A DNA stretch of 64,000 nucleotides from Macrostomum lignano (GCA_002269645.1 NIVC01002437.1:109805-173804); one strand, 5' to 3'. Counted from the first letter of the stretch, positions 1 through 60,404 are shown. A program made the numbers and translations. Notes: generated by a model not told the origin, from the sequence alone.

Positions 1-200
1 ACCAAATCTACTCAGATTAGACTAACCAAATCTACTCAGATTAGACTAATCAAATCTACTCAGATTAGACTAATCGAATCTACTCAGATTAGACTAACCA
101 AATCTACTCAGATTAGACTAACCAAATCTACTCAGATTAGACTAATCGAATCTACTCAGTTAAGACTAATCAAATCTACTCAGATTCGACTAATCGAATC
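1..200. repeat. 24-bp minisatellite (ACCAAATCTACTCAGATTAGACTA), ~8 copies, cut by the window edge
   Basis: Direct tandem periodicity. Confidence 0.9.
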
Positions 201-1082
201 TGCTTGATCCCTATACTAAAAATTATATCATATTTTATTAATATAATTAATATAATTAATATAATTAATGTAAATATAATTAATTAAGCAATTATATTCC
301 CAGCACGTCAAGAGTTTCTTAACATTTTTTCATTTTCAACCCATCAAATCATTCTTGAAGGAATCTGTTGGGAGATCCTACATGTGCCTTATTATACCAG
401 ACCCCAGTGCATGTCAAGATCAATGGGAGTCCCTGGAACACGAATAAGGATTAGCTGTTGAGTACAGGTGATCAGTTTAATCAAAGAATTTTACAAAATT
501 CTTTCAAAGAATTCTACATTTCCGAAATCTCCATTTTCAAGACCACCTCTTGTTAGGAAACAGGGAAATTTTTGTCACTCCATATCCTGGTTCCGGGCCT
601 CCATGGCCTCAGGATCTCATTGGGTGCAGGCAGTCCAATCAAGGTTGCCACCCGCCAGTATGAGGAAGGTAAAACTTGAGTCCAAAATAATCTTCCCAAG
701 ACTCCGAACTCAAGCGCACCGACCATGATCAAAACGTTGATCCTCGTCCACCGGACTTCTCCTCCAACTCCGAGCCAACTTCAAGGACCGCAGAGGCAGT
801 AAAGTTGTCCAGCCAGTAGTCCCAACCTGTCCACTTGACGACCGGCCCAAATTGGACAAGAAATCGGTTGCTTCTCTCATCGAAAAAGATAGATTTTTTA
901 AACCTGTATTATACTCGGGTATTTTAGTCTGCACTTTCCTTGTCTGAGGTATTAACAGAGGGATATCGGATAAGTTGATAGCTTTCTGCATGACCAGGAT
1001 GTAAGTAACGTAAAGGTCATCAGCAGATTAATAGGCCTACAATATCTCATTCGATATTGCACTATATTATTTTGACAACTAA

Positions 1083-21063
<19,981 letters not shown>

Positions 21064-21111
21064 GATGACTGGAGCTGTTGTGCGTTTATCTCATTGTTAT
21101 TTATTCATCGC

Positions 21112-21965
21112 GTACAGGTAAATGAGCACAGGTATGTAGATCAGAACAGGTAGATGAGAACAGGTATAGATAAGAACAGGTAAAGATGAGAACAGGTATA
21201 GATGAGAACAGGTGTAGATGAAAACAGGTAAAGATGAGAACAGGTGTAGATGAGAACAGGTAAGATGAGAACAGGTGTAGATGAAAACAGGTAAAGATGA
21301 GAACAGGTGTAGATGAGAACAGGTAAAGATGAGAACAGGTGTAGATGAGAACAGGTGTAGATGAGAACAGGTATAGATGAGAACAGGTGTAGATGAGAAC
21401 AGGTAAATGAGAACAGGTATAGATGAGAACAGGTAGATGAGAACAGGTAGATGAAAACAGGTAAAGATGAGAACAGGTAGATGAGAACAGGTAGATGAAA
21501 ACAGGTAAAGATGAGAACAGGTGTAGATGAAAACAGGTAAAGATGAGAACAGGTGTAGATGAGAACAGGTAAAGATGAGAACAGGTGTAGATGAGAACAG
21601 GTGTAGATGAGAACAGGTAAAGATGAGAACAGGTGTAGATGAGAACAGGTGTAGATGAGAACAGGTAAAGATGAGAACAGGTGTAGATGAGAACAGGTGT
21701 AGATGAGAACAGGTATAGATGAGAACAGGTGTAGATGAGAACAGGTAAATGAGAACAGGTATAGATGAGAACAGGTAGATGAGAACAGGTAGATGAAAAC
21801 AGGTAAAGATGAGAACAGGTAGATGAGAACAGGTATAGATGAAAACAGGTAAAGATGAGAACAGGTGTAGATGAAAACAGGTAAAGATGAGAACAGGTGT
21901 AGATGAGAACAGGTAGATGAGAACAGGTAGATGAGAACATGTATAGATAAGAACAGGTAGGTAGA
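21112..21965. repeat. 14-16-bp purine-rich minisatellite (GATGAGAACAGGT[GTA]) just 3' of the nAChR stop codon
   Basis: Direct tandem periodicity. Confidence 0.9.
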
Positions 21966-22604
21966 TTAGAACAGATGAAGGATAAACGAGAACAGATAAG
22001 GGAAGAAATAGAAGAATATTTTTAAGTTGAAAGAATGGACTAGGATAGGTTAGCCCCCAGCTTCAGGGCTTCAAATACTCGTACAGTTCCTATGCCTAAA
22101 CAGTGCTAATGCAATGTAGCAGAGAATCTCAAAGCAGACACTACTAGATCCGTCGTTTAGATAAAGTGTGATCTGGCATGCAAATCTTGCCCGTCAGAAG
22201 AGCAAGGGACTGTATTTGAGCAGTTTAGAAAGTCTCAATTACGGTACAGATGTACTCTAGCAGGTGCCCTGTACTGCACAGGCTCGAGTATCTCTCGAAT
22301 ATCAGCGCTTTGTCAGTTCCAAATGTACTTTAATTTCAGATAATTAACTGAATACCAATTACTGCGCAATAGTTTATTAAACCTTTGTAAACCATATTGC
22401 ATACAGTATACGTACATCTACATGTGCTTGTGTAGTCTTTGTTCTAGTAACTGAAGGAGACGATCCTTGCAATTCATTCCCAAGTTTTATGCTAGAAAAT
22501 TTTATTTATAAGATGCGTTCAGTACGTTTCAATAGCTGGGGGCGCCACTGTTAGTGTCAGTTAGTGTCAAATGACTCCATTGTTGGTTTCAGATAGCGCC
22601 AAAG

Positions 22605-22815
22605 CGGTGTCAGATGGCGCCAAAAGTGGTGTCAGATGGCGCCAAAGTGGTGTCAGATGGCGCCAAAGTGGTGTCAGATGGCGCCAAAGTGGTGTCAGAT
22701 GGCGCCAAAGTGGTGTCAGATGGCGCCAAAGTGGTGTCAGATGGCGCCAAAGTGGTGTCAGATGGCGCCAAAAGGGTGTCAGATGCGCGATTGTTGGTTC
22801 CAGACGGCGCCAAAA
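22605..22815. repeat. 21-bp minisatellite (GATGGCGCCAAAGTGGTGTCA)
   Basis: Direct tandem periodicity. Confidence 0.9.
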
Positions 22816-23539
22816 GTTAGTGTCATGTGTCAGGGAGGGCCTAGCCTACCACAAAATCGTGTTTAAGAGGATGCGTAAACTTTCAAATGTCAAAAGGCGC
22901 GATGCAATTTACATGTACTCTCACCAATAAACGCAGCTTCGTATAAACTAAAATGAAAGCGCAATTTCACACGACCTAAACTTTTACAAGCGTCAATATT
23001 CCATTCTAACAGTACAGTATGCATTAATTGCACAACAGCAAACCTAAAAGTACAAATATATTGTTTTTGTTCTATGAAAGTTCAACTGAAATCCACATGT
23101 AATGTATTCGATATTTTCTATTGTGGTTTTCAAAACACTATGAACTGCAGAGGTAATAGTATATTTAATGTACTAATAATTCTATTACAGTACCCAGAGC
23201 CAAAACACACGCACAATATGTTTTGTCTAGATCGAAGCACTCTATGGAAAGCCTCATTAACTCTGGCAGTACTAATGCAGTAGCGCCTGTGTGTGTGGCG
23301 GTAATTGAGTTACACTGCCATGCATAGATGAAACCATTTTTTGTATATGGAAGCCAGCTTGCCTTGGGCAAAGGAAAAATGGAAACAGCCGAGAAGCGTT
23401 GGGTCTTGTCAAGGATGGGATGGGGAGAATATAACACTGGTGAGTAATGGAGCAGGGAGTGAATCTTGAGTTCGGTTTAAATAGGTTGCATAAGGGTAGG
23501 AGTTCGCTAATAACCTGGGGTGGGCGAGACTGACTATCA

Positions 23540-26098
23540 ACTGAGGATCTGGGAGGCTGGCCCAGCAACTGGGGATCTGTGAGGCTGGCCCTGCAACTGA
23601 GGATCTGGGAGGCTGGCCCAGCAACTGGGGATCTGTGAGGCTGGCCCTGCAACTGGGGATCTGTGAGGCTGGCCCTGCAACTGAGGATCTGGGAGGCTGG
23701 CCCAGCAACTGACACTCTGGGAGGCTGGCCCAGCAACTGAGGATCTGGGAGGCTGGCCCTGCAACTGAGGATCTGGGAGGCTGGCCCAGCAACTGAGGAT
23801 CTGGGAGGCTGGCCCAGCAACTGACACTCTGGGAGGCTGGCCCAGCAACTGAGGATCTGGGAGGCTGGCCCAACAACTGAGGATCTGAGAGGCTGGCCCA
23901 GCAACTAAGGATCTGGGAGGCTGGCCCAGCAATTGAGGATCTGGGAGGCTGGCCCAGCAACTGAGGATCTGGGAGGCTGGCCAAGCAACTGAGGATCTGG
24001 GAGGCTGGCCCAGCAACTGAGGATCTGGGAGTCTGGCCCAGCAACTGACACTCTGGGAGGCTCGCACAGCAACTGAGGATCTGGGAGGCTGGCCCAGCAA
24101 CTGAGGATCTGGGAGGCTGGCCCAGCAACTGAGGATCTGGGAGGCTGGCCCAGCAACTGAAGATCTGGGAGTCTGGCCCAGCAACTGAGGATCTGGGAGT
24201 CTGGCCCAGCAACTGACACTCTGGGAGGCTCGCACAGCAACTGAGGATCTGGGAGGCTGGCCCAGCAACTGAGGATCTGGGAGGCTGGCCCTGCAACTGA
24301 GGATCTGGGAGGCTGGCCCAGCAACTGAGGATCTGGGAGGCTGGCCCAGCAACTGAAGATCTGGGAGTCTGGCCCAGCAACTGACACTCTGGGAGGCTCG
24401 CACAGCAACTGAGGATCTGGGAGGCTGGCCCAGCAACTGAGGATCTGGGAGGCTGGCCCAGCAACTGAGGATCTGGGAGGCTGGCCCAGGAACTGAGGAT
24501 CTGAGAGGCTGGCCCAGCAACTGAGGATCTGAGAGGCTGGCCCAGCAACTAAGGATCTGGGAGGCTGGCCCAGCAATTGAGGATCTGGGAGGCTGGCCCA
24601 GCAACTGAGGATCTGGGAGGCTGGCCCAGCAATTGAGGATCTGGGAGGCTGGCCCAGCAACTGGGGATCTGTGAGGCTGGCCCTGCAACTGGGGATCTGT
24701 GAGGCTGGCCCTGCAACTGAGGATCTGGGAGGCTGGCCCAGCAACTGACACTCTGGGAGGCTGGCCCAGCAACTGAGGATCTGGGAGGCTGGCCCTGCAA
24801 CTGAGGATCTGGGAGGCTGGATCAGCAACTGAGGATCTGGGAGGCTGGTCCAGCAACTGACACTCTGGGAGGCTGGCCCAGCAACTGAGGATCTGGGAGG
24901 CTGGCCCAACAACTGAGGATCTGAGAGGCTGGCCCAGCAACTAAGGATCTGGGAGGCTGGCCCAGCAATTGAGGATCTGGGAGGCTGGCCCAGCAACTGA
25001 GGATCTGGGAGGCTGGCCAAGCAACTGAGGATCTGGGAGGCTGGCCCAGCAACTGAGGATCTGGGAGTCTGGCCCAGCAACTGACACTCTGGGAGGCTCG
25101 CACAGCAACTGAGGATCTGGGAGGCTGGCCCAGCAACTGAGGATCTGGGAGGCTGGCCCAGCAACTGAGGATCTGGGAGGCTGGCCCAGCAACTGAAGAT
25201 CTGGGAGTCTGGCCCAGCAACTGAGGATCTGGGAGTCTGGCCCAGCAACTGACACTCTGGGAGGCTCGCACAGCAACTGAGGATCTGGGAGGCTGGCCCA
25301 GCAACTGAGGATCTGGGAGGCTGGCCCTGCAACTGAGGATCTGGGAGGCTGGCCCAGCAACTGAGGATCTGGGAGGCTGGCCCAGCAACTGAAGATCTGG
25401 GAGTCTGGCCCAGCAACTGACACTCTGGGAGGCTCGCACAGCAACTGAGGATCTGGGAGGCTGGCCCAGCAACTGAGGATCTGGGAGGCTGGCCCAGCAA
25501 CTGAGGATCTGGGAGGCTGGCCCAGGAACTGAGGATCTGAGAGGCTGGCCCAGCAACTGAGGATCTGAGAGGCTGGCCCAGCAACTAAGGATCTGGGAGG
25601 CTGGCCCAGCAATTGAGGATCTGGGAGGCTGGCCCAGCAACTGAGGATCTGGGAGGCTGGCCCAGCAATTGAGGATCTGGGAGGCTGGCCCAGCAATTGA
25701 GGATCTGGGAGGCTGGCCCAGCAATTGAGGATCTGGGAGGCTGGCCAAGCAACTGAGGATCTGGGAGGCTGGCCCAGCAATTGAGGATCTGGGAGGCTGG
25801 CCAAGCAATTGAGGATCTGGGAGGCTGGCCAAGCAACTGAGGATCTGGGAGGCTGGCCCAGCAATTGAGGATCTGGGAGGCTGGCCCAGCAACTGAGGAT
25901 CTGGGAGGCTGGCCCAGCAACTGAAGATGTGGGAGGCTGGCCCAGCAACTGAAGATGTGGGAGGCTGGCCCAGCAACTGAAGATGTGGGAGGCTGGCCCA
26001 GCAACTGAAGATGTGGGAGGCTGGCCCAGCAACTGAAGATGTGGGAGGCTGGCCCAGCAACTGAAGATGTGGGAGGCTGGCCCAGCAACTGAAGATGT
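23540..26098. repeat. 28-bp minisatellite (CTGAGGATCTGGGAGGCTGGCCCAGCAA), ~2.55 kb, with a 1036-bp higher-order duplication
   Basis: Direct periodicity; matching ORF translations start at 24548 and 25584, and at 23904 and 24940 (offset 1036 = 37 units). Confidence 0.95.
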
Positions 26099-26679
26099 AC
26101 CCGAATAATTCAATTAAGGCACAGTACTAAAATCAATTTACTTGCAAGGTAGAAACATTGAAAAGAATCGATTTGCATTCAGTCGGTATAATTGAAGCAG
26201 TCATCGAACAATGACACACAGGAGTTATCGATCAGCAGCATGGTGAACAAGTAATGAAACACAAATAGCTAATAAATAGATAAAGATTCACCAACAGGAG
26301 CACAAAATGCACTCTAGGCATTGGCATTCTTTGTTAGCTACTGAAAGTAGCATTACCAGCAAGTTAGTAAGCACTATAATGCAACACACGCAACTACACG
26401 TAACAATTGGATAAAGGCAGTTTGCTTTTATTAAATAAACTAACAAAACAGCGTAGAACTCGAAGTTAAGGAATGCACAGAAAATCGATAATGCTAAACT
26501 CAGATTTTATTGGGGACAAAAGTGCTTTTGCAAACTATAACAATTTGTAACTAATAAAAATTGAAACGTTTAATAAAAAAAGAAACATGGCATTAAGTTG
26601 GAGACAAAGATACTTATTTGAAAGTAAATAAACTATTTATTGAACTATAAAGGATTGAATTTCAATTATTAGATATCTA

Positions 26680-26960
26680 ATCCCATAGAGACATCAGTCT
26701 CTCGATATCTAATCCCATAGAGATCTCAGTCTTTACATATCTAATCACATAGAGATATCAGTCTCCAGATATCTAATCGCATAAAGATCTCAGTCTCTAT
26801 ATATCTAATCGCATAGAGATCTCAGTCTCCAGATATCTAATCTCATAGAGATCTCAGTCTCTAGACATCTAATCTCATAGAGATCTCAGTCAATTGACAT
26901 CTAATCCCACAGAGATCCCAGTCTCTAGAGATCTAATCTCGCAGAGATCCCAGTCTCTAA
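26680..26960. repeat. ~32-bp degenerate minisatellite (ATCTAATCCCATAGAGATCTCAGTCTC) just 3' of the PGAP1 stop codon
   Basis: Direct tandem periodicity. Confidence 0.85.
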
Positions 26961-26982
26961 TGGGATCAGACAGTACATAATT

Positions 26983-53261
<26,279 letters not shown>

Positions 53262-55646
53262 GATATATAACTTCTATTCAGAGAAGCAAGCAACCTAGCT
53301 CGTGACCACAAAAGTAAAAACGACTAAAATAGTGCGACAAGAAAATAAAAACGTGACTGATTTTTTGTGTTAAATTGCCGCTAATGCAAATGAAAAGAGC
53401 ATTTAAAGTTTGTATTAGAAATATTTTGCACTTGTAGCCAAAACATCATATGTTATTATTGCAAATATGCTGTGAAAAAATGTAAACTAGATTTATGTAG
53501 CGTAAATTTGTTTTTAATCGCTGTCTAGTCGAAAATTTAAACTTCTTAGTTAAAGTTAAACTTTCTTTAAAAAGTTAAACGGCCCTTCCTTTCTGCTCTG
53601 TTTGTTATTTATTATTAATATTAGCCTCCCCTTTAATTATTATTCAATACACCTAACTATACTGGCCAAACAGGCTTTTTGCCTGAGCCAAACTTACTGC
53701 TACTACTACCATATTTATGCTAATAATATGCGGCATATGGCCTAGTACTAGTACAGTAGGCGTAGCTAGTAGGGACCTCAGTTTTGATTTTGAAAGTTAT
53801 TTTTAGTATTTTTCTTTTTTTGATCAATCGTATTGGCCAGAGTAAAATAAAAGAACACATTGGCTTGGCTTAGGCCCTTTATTAGAAATTGGTCAAAAAA
53901 ACAAAGAAGGTACAAAATAAGTTTTTGTATTTTTTAAACATTTTGTATGCATTTTGCCATGATACAAATTAGGCCCCTATTTGTTGCCAAAAGCTTTATT
54001 AAAATTTTGATATATAATTATTAATGTCTTTTTTATTATCTCTCTCATTATATCAAATGAGCGCATTTGATAGCAAACTGCAGCAAAGTCATTGGTGGCA
54101 AAGTCCATGGCCTAAAATTTTTTAAGATTTCTTAACTTTCAAGCTTTTTTATTGATAAAAACTATAATATAGCCAGAATAACCAAAAAATTTGTTCTTTG
54201 AAACTGCCTAAAACATTAGTCTTAGGTTTATAATACTTAGTAAGACCACAATTTTTTGACCATTTTGTTATAATTAATGCCTTGGCTTTTGCCTAATTAA
54301 TTGTTTTCCTCTTATAATTGAGGTGGGGGTGGAGAAGAATTTTCTTGGAAACTCTCGGTTTCGAAATTATGCTGACACTAGTGAGGTGGGGTGGATTCCT
54401 CGTTTGAATTGCCGCCGGTGTTGTAGAAACACGAATAAAGCCAGAAAATGCACGAATTGATGCGCTGATTCTTTTCCTAGGTTACTCTGTCTGCTGGGTC
54501 CTTAATTCCAGGGTAAAGGTAGTCATAATCGCAGTTGAGCGGTCTAGTAGCGGCCTGAGTCGTTCAGAATAGGTCCTCAGACACTGTAAACTTATGATTT
54601 GTCAAGATTGCTAGTTGTGTTACTCTAAGTAGTAAAGTAGCACTGCCACCACCGTAAATGTCATTTTACAGAACATTGAGGGTCTTAGAGCTTTCTTTGA
54701 GTTGAGACTGATTGGTTATTTTACGCCCCGTGGGCAAAGAACTCAATATAAACTAAAGGCTTCGATTAAGACTGACTGGATAAATATTAATATAAAACTT
54801 ATTATTATTGCTCGTTATTTATTATTGATTAATTTTACGGTAGTCAGTGATTAAGAAATTGTTATTATTCACAAAGTTAATTGAATAAAAAGACAAGCTA
54901 ATTGACTAATAAAGAAGTTAGGCGATAGAGTAATTGTTCACACTACAATTAGACAGATGATTACGAGACAGTGCCGTGCAACTATCAGAAAACTAACAAG
55001 GCAAAGTTAAGTCACGGCCTATAAGATCAAACTAAAACAACCAAGAAGAAAGAAGAAAAGGGGAGAAGGGGGTTGACAAACTAAAGCAACGCCAAAGATT
55101 AAATACCAAAAGAACGCAAAAAAACGATCAGGGGAAAACCAGAAGGAACACAGGGGGGAACACCGGTAAGAAAAGTGGACAAACCTGGGTGGAAAACGGC
55201 AAAACAAAGCAGGACCAAGGGAAGGGGCAACCGATGGACCAGAGGTAGGAACAATGGGGGGAAGAAGACAGTTCAACTGGGGGAGCCAAAATGATGTCAA
55301 AGAATTGTCCGCCGGGTAGAGGCGTTCCGCGCATCGCCAACTGTTGCCGAAGCCCCAGTGGTAGACCGGCCTACCACATAATAAATATTAATTTAAAGCC
55401 TTAGCATAGGTTAAAGTTTGTTGAGAGAGGGTAGATTCTGAAAGATAAAAACCCAAAAGAGTAAAAGGAGTGCAGCTCTATATTTTGACAACAATTTGCT
55501 TGGTTGCCTTTGATTTTTTCTAGTCTTTATTCAAGAGTGTGAGGCCAATTGTCCCTATCTATACCCCCAGGCCCCAGTTATACGCATGTCTAAGGTGGCC
55601 ATATACCAAAGTAGCTATAGTATCTAGGCATTGTTCTAAATCAGCT

Positions 55647-55860
55647 TCCTATATCCTAAAAATGAGTTGTTTGTATGTATGTATGTATGTATGTATGTAG
55701 CTATGCGATAGATTTCAGAAAAAACGGCTCAACCGATTTTCTTCAAACTTGCACCATTCGATCAGAAATTTTCCTAGGACGGTACATGCATCTTGGCTAA
55801 GAAATTGCTCAATGTTAAAGGGATTAAATATTTGAAAAACATGCTTTTCTGCAAAGGTCA
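55647..55860 (+). mobile_element. Possible non-autonomous Helitron/HINE-like 5' fragment
   Basis: TCCTATATCCTAAAAATG, then (TATG)n, then AAAACGGCTCAACCGATTTTCTTCAAACTTG; this resembles the layout of microsatellite-carrying non-autonomous Helitrons as I recall it. No 3' hairpin or CTAG end was found. Confidence 0.35.
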
Positions 55861-56269
55861 AGAAGCTCTTTCGACCTGAAATGCATTGTAAGAATGCTAG
55901 AGAAAAAACTGACTGACTGAATTTCAACTCCGATAAAGATTCCGAACAAGTTGAAAACAGTGCCAAAGAAATGCTCACACGACATAATTTAAATTGCGTA
56001 ACCATATTGCTAACTTGAAGTAAGACTGATACTGGCTAACTGGGAAATTGATTATGTCATAACTTTTTACTCCAATTGACTTGCTGTAAGAATTGAATTA
56101 TAAGGGCCACAATTCATGTTCTCCAATTGAAAAGAGATAGCCCTGATGCGAACAGACTGGAATGCTAATGTAGCGACCTGGGTTCGAATCTTAGTAGTGC
56201 AAAAAAGATTTTTTTATTAAAATACCTTAAAAACACAATAAAACTGCTAAACATCAAAGAAGCACAATG

Positions 56270-57150
56270 TCAAACATAGAAGAGCCACCATGTCAAATAT
56301 AAAAGACCCACCATTTCGAACATTAAAGAGCCACCATTTTGAACATTGAAGAGCCACCATGTCAAACAATTAGGAGCCACCATGTCAAACATTAAAGAGC
56401 CACCATGTCAAATATAAAAGAGCCACCATTTCGAACATTAAAGAGCCACCATGTCAAACATTAAAAAGCCACCATATCAAACATAAAAGAGTTACCATAT
56501 AGAACAAAAAAGATTCACCATGTCAAACATAAAGAGCCACCATGTCAAACATTTAGGAGCTACCATGTCAAACATATATGTGACTTTATGTCAAATATTA
56601 AAGAGCCACCATTTTGAACATTAAAGAGCCACAATGTTGAACATTAAAGAGCCACCATGTCTACCATAAAAGAGCTATACCATGAAGAACATTAAAGAGC
56701 CACCATGTCGAACATAAAAGAGCCACCATGTAGAATATTAAAGAGCCACCATGTCAAACATTTAAGAGCCACCATGTCAAACATTTAAGAGCCACCATGT
56801 CAAACATATATATGACTTAATGTCAAACATTAAAGAGCCACCATGTCGAACATTAAAGTGCCACCATGTGTAACATAAAAGAGCTACATCATGAAGAACA
56901 TTAAAGAGCCACCATGTTAAACATTAAAGAGCCACCATGTGAAACATTAAAGAGCTACCATGTCAAACATAGAAGAGCCACCATGTCAACATTAAAGAGC
57001 TACCATGCCAAACATAGAAGAGCCACAATGTTAAACATTAAAGAGCTATCATGTCAAACACAAAAGAGCTACTATGTCAAACATAGAAGAGCTACCATGT
57101 CAAACATTAAAGAGCCACATTTTTAAACAAAGAGACACCATTTCAAACAT
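56270..57150. repeat. Degenerate ~23-bp minisatellite (AACATTAAAGAGCCACCATGTCA)
   Basis: Direct tandem periodicity. Confidence 0.88.
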
Positions 57151-57229
57151 AAAAAGAAGTGCATGCCAAACAAAATGGAACCATTATAAAGCTAAGGAAA
57201 TTGTTGCACTAGCTACTTGTTCTCTGGTG

Positions 57230-57845
57230 GATGCTTGCTATTTAAGGATGGATACTTGCTATCAGGGGGATGCTTGCTCTTGGGGGTGGAGAGTACTTGC
57301 TATCTGAGAGGGGGTTGCAAGATATCTATAAGGTCTCTTTGTATCCAGGTTATGCTTGCTATCAGGGGTTGCTTGCTGTCTGGGGGATGCTTGCGATCTA
57401 GGGGGATACTTGCTATCTGGGGGATGCTTGCTATCTGCGGGATGCTTGCTATCTGGGGGATGCTTGCTATCTGCGGGATGCTTACTATCTGGGGTCTGGG
57501 AGAATGCTTGCTATCTGGGGGATGCTTGCTATCTAGGGGATGCTTGCGATCTGGGGGATGCTTGCTATCTAGGGGATGCTTGCTATCTGGGGGGGGATGC
57601 TTGCTATCTGGGGGATGCTTGCTATCTGGGGGACACTTACTATCTGGGGTCTGGGGGAATGCTTGCTATCTGTGGATGCTTGCTATCTTGGGGATGCTTG
57701 CGATCTGGGGGATGCTTGCTATCTTGGGTTGCTTTCTATCGGGGGGATGCTTGCTATCTGGGGGATGCTTGCAGTCTAGGGGATGCTTGCTATTTGGGGA
57801 TCAATGCTTGAATGCTGTCTGAGGATGCTTGCTGTCTTGGGATGT
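57230..57845. repeat. ~18-bp minisatellite (GATGCTTGCTATCTGGGG)
   Basis: Direct tandem periodicity. Confidence 0.88.
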
Positions 57846-59319
57846 TTTGTTTTTAAGAGGGAATGTCTGTTGTTTTTTTATGAAGGCTTTATTTTGCTGT
57901 CTATTTGTTATTTGTAAAGAACAAGGATTCTATCCAGATGTCCCCTATCGGGGGGCAAAGATTGCTAGTATATAGGCCTAAAGAGAAACAAATTTTAACC
58001 TCTAAATTATTATTGGCTATTCTAGCTACTAGGATATAGAGAGAAGTTAAAGGACCATTGTGATTGTATTGTGTGATTGATTGTGATTGTATAACTTTGA
58101 CTATAGACCCAATTAATAAATACATACCTAATTATCAATAATATAGTATTTACTATTGGTTATTCAAAAGCTAGGTCTATCTAAAACTAGATAGTTTGGC
58201 AAATAAGATATGGACTTATAGAGGTTAAGATAAGAATTGATGAGAAAAAGTTTCCATTTCTATACCTCACCTTATTCTTAGCCTTCCCTTCAAAGCAATA
58301 AGAAATAGGTTTGCCTTGTGGCCACATTGGTCTATGGCTACTTTGGTCTGTCACTCCTGGTTGTATCACTGATTATATTGAATTTTTTATGACTTCATGG
58401 TAGAACTTACATTTTTTCATTTTTAAGATACAAAATAATCTATTTTTAAGTGTCAAGTTTTCTTTAAAGTTTTTTTATAAAAAATATAACAGTTCTGTTA
58501 TAATATTATTTGCATTGCAATGTTACATATTTATTGATTTATAAAAAAACTTTCTTTTTATTAAAACTTGTTTTTTACACATATATATTACCAAGTAATA
58601 AAACCATTAGAACCTTAGAATTTTTATTAATAGGGCCTACTCAAAATTTGCTTGATTCATAATTATTTTAATATTTCTATGCCATAGCTAATGTATCTAA
58701 TGTCTGCAATAAAGAGAATTAGTTTCATTTAACTATACATTTATAAACTATCCCATGGCCACCCAGTTTACTAAAATATATATTTGTCTTTTAGATAAAT
58801 TCATAAGAAACAGTTACTTTAGTTGTGTTTATTCTTCAAAATAAACAAAATATTTTACAAAAATTTTAAACACATAATTTCAAGAGATATTGGAAGAAAA
58901 AATAATGTGTCTTATAAAGGCAGATAAGATTTTTGACATTTAATAGATGTTATAATGGTATTACTTTTTTTAAAGAAAAGCCTTGTGAAACATTCTTAAG
59001 ATATATATTAGAATTATCAAATTCAACAGAGAACTGGCATTCAATAAACCCACGGGAAGACAGGATGACATTAAGAATATAGACTTAGATAAAGAAATGA
59101 TTTATTGCATTTTTATTATTTAAAACAAGTTTTTTACAAAAAGTATCATAATGTCACAAAAAAGTGTCTTTGTAAAAAGCAAAAGGTTTAGATTTTTTTA
59201 TTGATTGTATATCTTTTATTTATAAGATATAGTCATTATGTTTTATAAAGTTCTGAAGTTAATTACTTTTTTTCAGCCCTAAATCAGGTTCTTTCATTTT
59301 CTTTTTAATCTATGCAAAA

Positions 59320-60338
59320 ATGACAGGTAAGTTTTTCAATATCAAATTTTATCCATAAGCAAGATCTAAAATCAGCATTGTTTATATGTTTTAGATTCAT
59401 CCATGTTTACTCAAGCTGACCATGATGCACTACTCAATCATGTCTTTCCTGAGTTGCTCAGCAATTCTAAGTGAGTTTTTTTAAAATGTATGTCTGAAAA
59501 ATAATTAAAACAATATTAACTAGCACTTTCCTCAGTGCACTATTGGATTTTAAAATGAAACTATCATTCCAGGTCATCAGAATGGTCCCTGACTAATTTG
59601 AGCGAATATATAAAGCAAACTATTTCAGATTCTATTGATGAGGCAAAAATTAACTGTGAGTACTGCTTTTAGGTTTAGTCCTGTTAATTTCTTTTTCTTA
59701 GCTGTCTTTCTTGATATTCTCTATCCCTGTGTCTGCAAGATTGCAAGCAAACCCTCAAATCCTATGCTAATAATCCCAAATCCCACAGCTAATAATCCCA
59801 AATCCCACAGCTAATAATGCCAAATCCCACAGCTAATAATCCCAAATCCCACAGCTAATAATGCCAAATCCCACAGCTAATAATCCCAAATCGCACAGCT
59901 AATAATCCTAAATCCCACAGCTAATAATCCTAAATCCCACAGCTAATAGTCCCAAGTCCTACAGGCCAATAATCTCAAATCCCACAGCTAATAATCCCAA
60001 ATCCCGCACCTAATAATCCATATTCCCATAGATTAAAACCGTTGTAATTCTGATCTAAGATCAAATTTACCTAAATCCTCTACATTCCAGCTGCCCTCAA
60101 AGCTTTCAATAGCGGCCGTTTAGGTCCAACAAAAGTACAATTAGACTCCGAGACCAACATCGGCGGCCAGGTGCTATTGGATCAGCGCCGCCAATTAGTT
60201 GTTGGGCACAGTTCGTTTAGCACAGCTCGAGCTAATTGTTGCGTCTATAGCGGCAAATGGTGCTACGAGACGCGATTGTGTACAGGCGGGCTGATGCAGA
60301 TTGGCTGGTGCACCTTGAAGTGTACCTTTTCCAGAGAG
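59320..60338 (+). CDS. RNF123: E3 ubiquitin ligase RNF123/KPC1, 5' partial (first 4 coding exons, start of the SPRY domain)
   Basis: Exons: 59320-59326, 59395-59470, 59573-59655, 60091-60338; GT-AG and in frame. GRLGPTKVQLD...VVGHSSFSTARANCCVYSGKWCYE...GLMQIGWCTLKCTFSRE aligns by eye with RNF123 GRLGPSTVVLD...[22 protein letters not shown]...GLMQIGWCTISCRF. The gene continues past the window end. Confidence 0.88.
59765..60030. repeat. 22-bp minisatellite (CTAATAATCCCAAATCCCACAG), RNF123 intron 3
   Basis: Direct tandem periodicity. Confidence 0.9.
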
Positions 60339-60404
60339 GTAATTGGTTCACTATTTGGGCCATAATTATCTTTATGGCGCACATTTTTTATCATATTAGC
60401 TTCC

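Noticed and set aside
468-991. ORFs 468-728 (+) and 710-991 (-) upstream of the nAChR
   Set aside because: No recognisable domain in the frames I translated and frequent stops. It could be a decayed element, but I cannot support a call.
56138-56205. tRNA- or SINE-like stretch with GGTTCGAATC followed by an A-run
   Set aside because: I could not form acceptor, D or anticodon stems. At best it is a decayed relic; tRNAscan-SE would decide.
56270-57150. Repeated GCCACCATG (vertebrate Kozak consensus) as a translational control array
   Set aside because: It is part of a degenerate minisatellite unit with no evidence of being exonic, and the vertebrate Kozak context need not apply in this organism.
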